This document shows, in pieces, positions 62,410 to 64,000 of a stretch of 64,000 nt of DNA; the stretch's first letter is position 1; the number at the start of each line of letters is the position of its first letter. A program made the position numbers and the translations under genes. The DNA comes from Malacoraja senta (Eukaryota). Below the pieces are notes generated by a model, which searched no databases, was not told the DNA's origin, and worked only from the letters and a program-made list of their open reading frames with translations. Location: assembly GCA_038087875.1 (NCBI GenBank), contig JAXLNO010000349.1:1-64000 (forward strand). Reading direction: 5' to 3'.

Positions 62410-63402
62410 AACAGCTCAGATGTTAAATGCAACAAATGCATCGCATTGGAATAACTTTGTACCCTCCCGCAAAGTCGAATACCGCAAATGCGTTGCATTC
62501 AAGTAATATTTTAACCCCCCCAACCCCCGCTTGGAAGTTCAATGCATTAATTGGCTTTGCACTAATCTTGCAGAACCCCACAGAAAGGTTAAATTCAACA
62601 AATGCATCGCGTTGGAATAACTTTGAACCCTCCTGCAATGTTAAATGCAGCAAATGCGTTGCATTGGTGATATTGTAACCCCCCGGGATGTGAAATGCAT
62701 TAAATTCAATGCAATAATCTTGCAAAGCCCCTCAGATGTGAAATGCAACCGTGACGTCATAGATGGGACGGCGGGGGCGGGACATCCGGCCCTCTGACTG
62801 ATCGGACATCCCCATTGGCGGAGAGAGACGTCGCTCAACCGGGCGGTGGGGCGGGACTTGCAGATGGCTGGAAGCGGCGGGTGATTGGAGGAGAGAGACG
62901 TCAGTCAGAGGGAGGGAGAAGGAACCCGCCCCTTGTCTCTCTCTGGTCCGCGTTGCAGACAGGAGTGAGAGAGGGAGAAGGAGAGAGAGGGTGAGATGGA
63001 GGAGTGTTGGCTGGGGGAGGGAGGGAGCGAAAGAAAATTGAGAGACAAATGAAGAATTGAGTGAAAAATTAAGAATTGAGTGAAAGAGAGGGGGAAGGTG
63101 GAAGGGAGGGAAGGAGAGGTGGATGGAGAGAGGGAGAGATAGAAAGGAGAGGGAGAGAGGAGAGGAGGGGGAGAGGAGAGGTGGAGAGAGATAGAGCGAG
63201 AGAGACAAAGGAGAGAGGGAGAGGAAAAATAGAGGAGAGGAGAGGTAGAGAGTGAAAGGAGAGGGAGAGGGAAAATAGAGGGAGAGAGAGACTGAGAGAG
63301 GGAGAGGGAAAGATAGAGGAGGGAAGAGGGAGATTGAGACTGAGATAGAGAGAGAGACAAAGGAGAGAGGGAGAGGGAAAATAGAGGAGAGGAGAGGGAG
63401 AG

Positions 63403-64000
63403 AAACATAGAAACATAGAAAAATAGGTGCGGGAGGAGGCCATTCGAGCCAACACCGCCATTCATTGCGATCATGGCTGATCGTCCCCTATCAATAACCC
63501 GTGGCTGCCTTCTCCCCATATCCCTTGACTCCACTAGCCCCTAGAGCACCATCTAACTCTCTCTTTAATCCATCCAGTGATATGGCCTCCACTGCCCTCT
63601 GTGGCAGGGAATTCCATAAATTCACAACTCTCTGGAGAAAACGTTTTTTCTCACCTTAGTCTTAAATGACCTCCCCTTTATTCTAAGACTGTGGCCCCTG
63701 GTCTGGACTCGCCCAACATTGGGTACATTTTTCCTGCATCTAGCTTGTCCAGTCCTTTTATAATTTTATACGTGTCTATAAGATCTCCCCATCATCCTTC
63801 TAAACTCCAGTGAATACAAGCCTAGTCTTTTCAACCGTTCCTCATATGACAGTCCCGCCATCCCAGGGATCAATCTCATGAACCTACGCTGCACTGCCTC
63901 AATCACAAGGATGTCCTTCCTCAAATTAGGAGACCAAAACTATACACAGTACTCCAGATGTGGTCTCACCAGAGCCCCATACAACTGCAGAAGAACCTCT
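63403..64000 (-). mobile_element. CR1 LINE 3' part (runs off window)
   Basis: Same family as 20920-21530. Confidence 0.9.

Overview
Repeat-dominated vertebrate genomic DNA, most likely from a cartilaginous fish (skate/ray; inferred from HE1-type SINEs, many CR1 LINEs and a chondrichthyan-style GPR139-like gene). Host-gene content is small: the first two coding exons of a GPR139/142-like GPCR (minus strand, running off the window start) and three C-terminal exons of a SUN-domain gene with a +2 frameshift. The richest region is 6.5-20.1 kb. It holds a spliced THAP + P-element transposase pseudogene with its termini, a second deleted THAP copy, a complete DIRS retroelement with near-perfect termini but dead ORFs, and three 36-41 bp fusions of the P-element ends. 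Two of those fusions sit in recognisable 8-bp target duplications and look like P-element excision footprints. The window also has a Penelope-like element and many hammerhead-ribozyme-like terminal motifs, hAT, Harbinger, Tc1, Academ-like and possibly Helitron remnants, L1/L2/Rex LINEs, LTR remnants, a YY1-motif array and a degenerate kb-scale repeat with extended CTCF motifs. All calls were made by eye without database searches; repeat boundaries are approximate unless a TSD or splice site is quoted.
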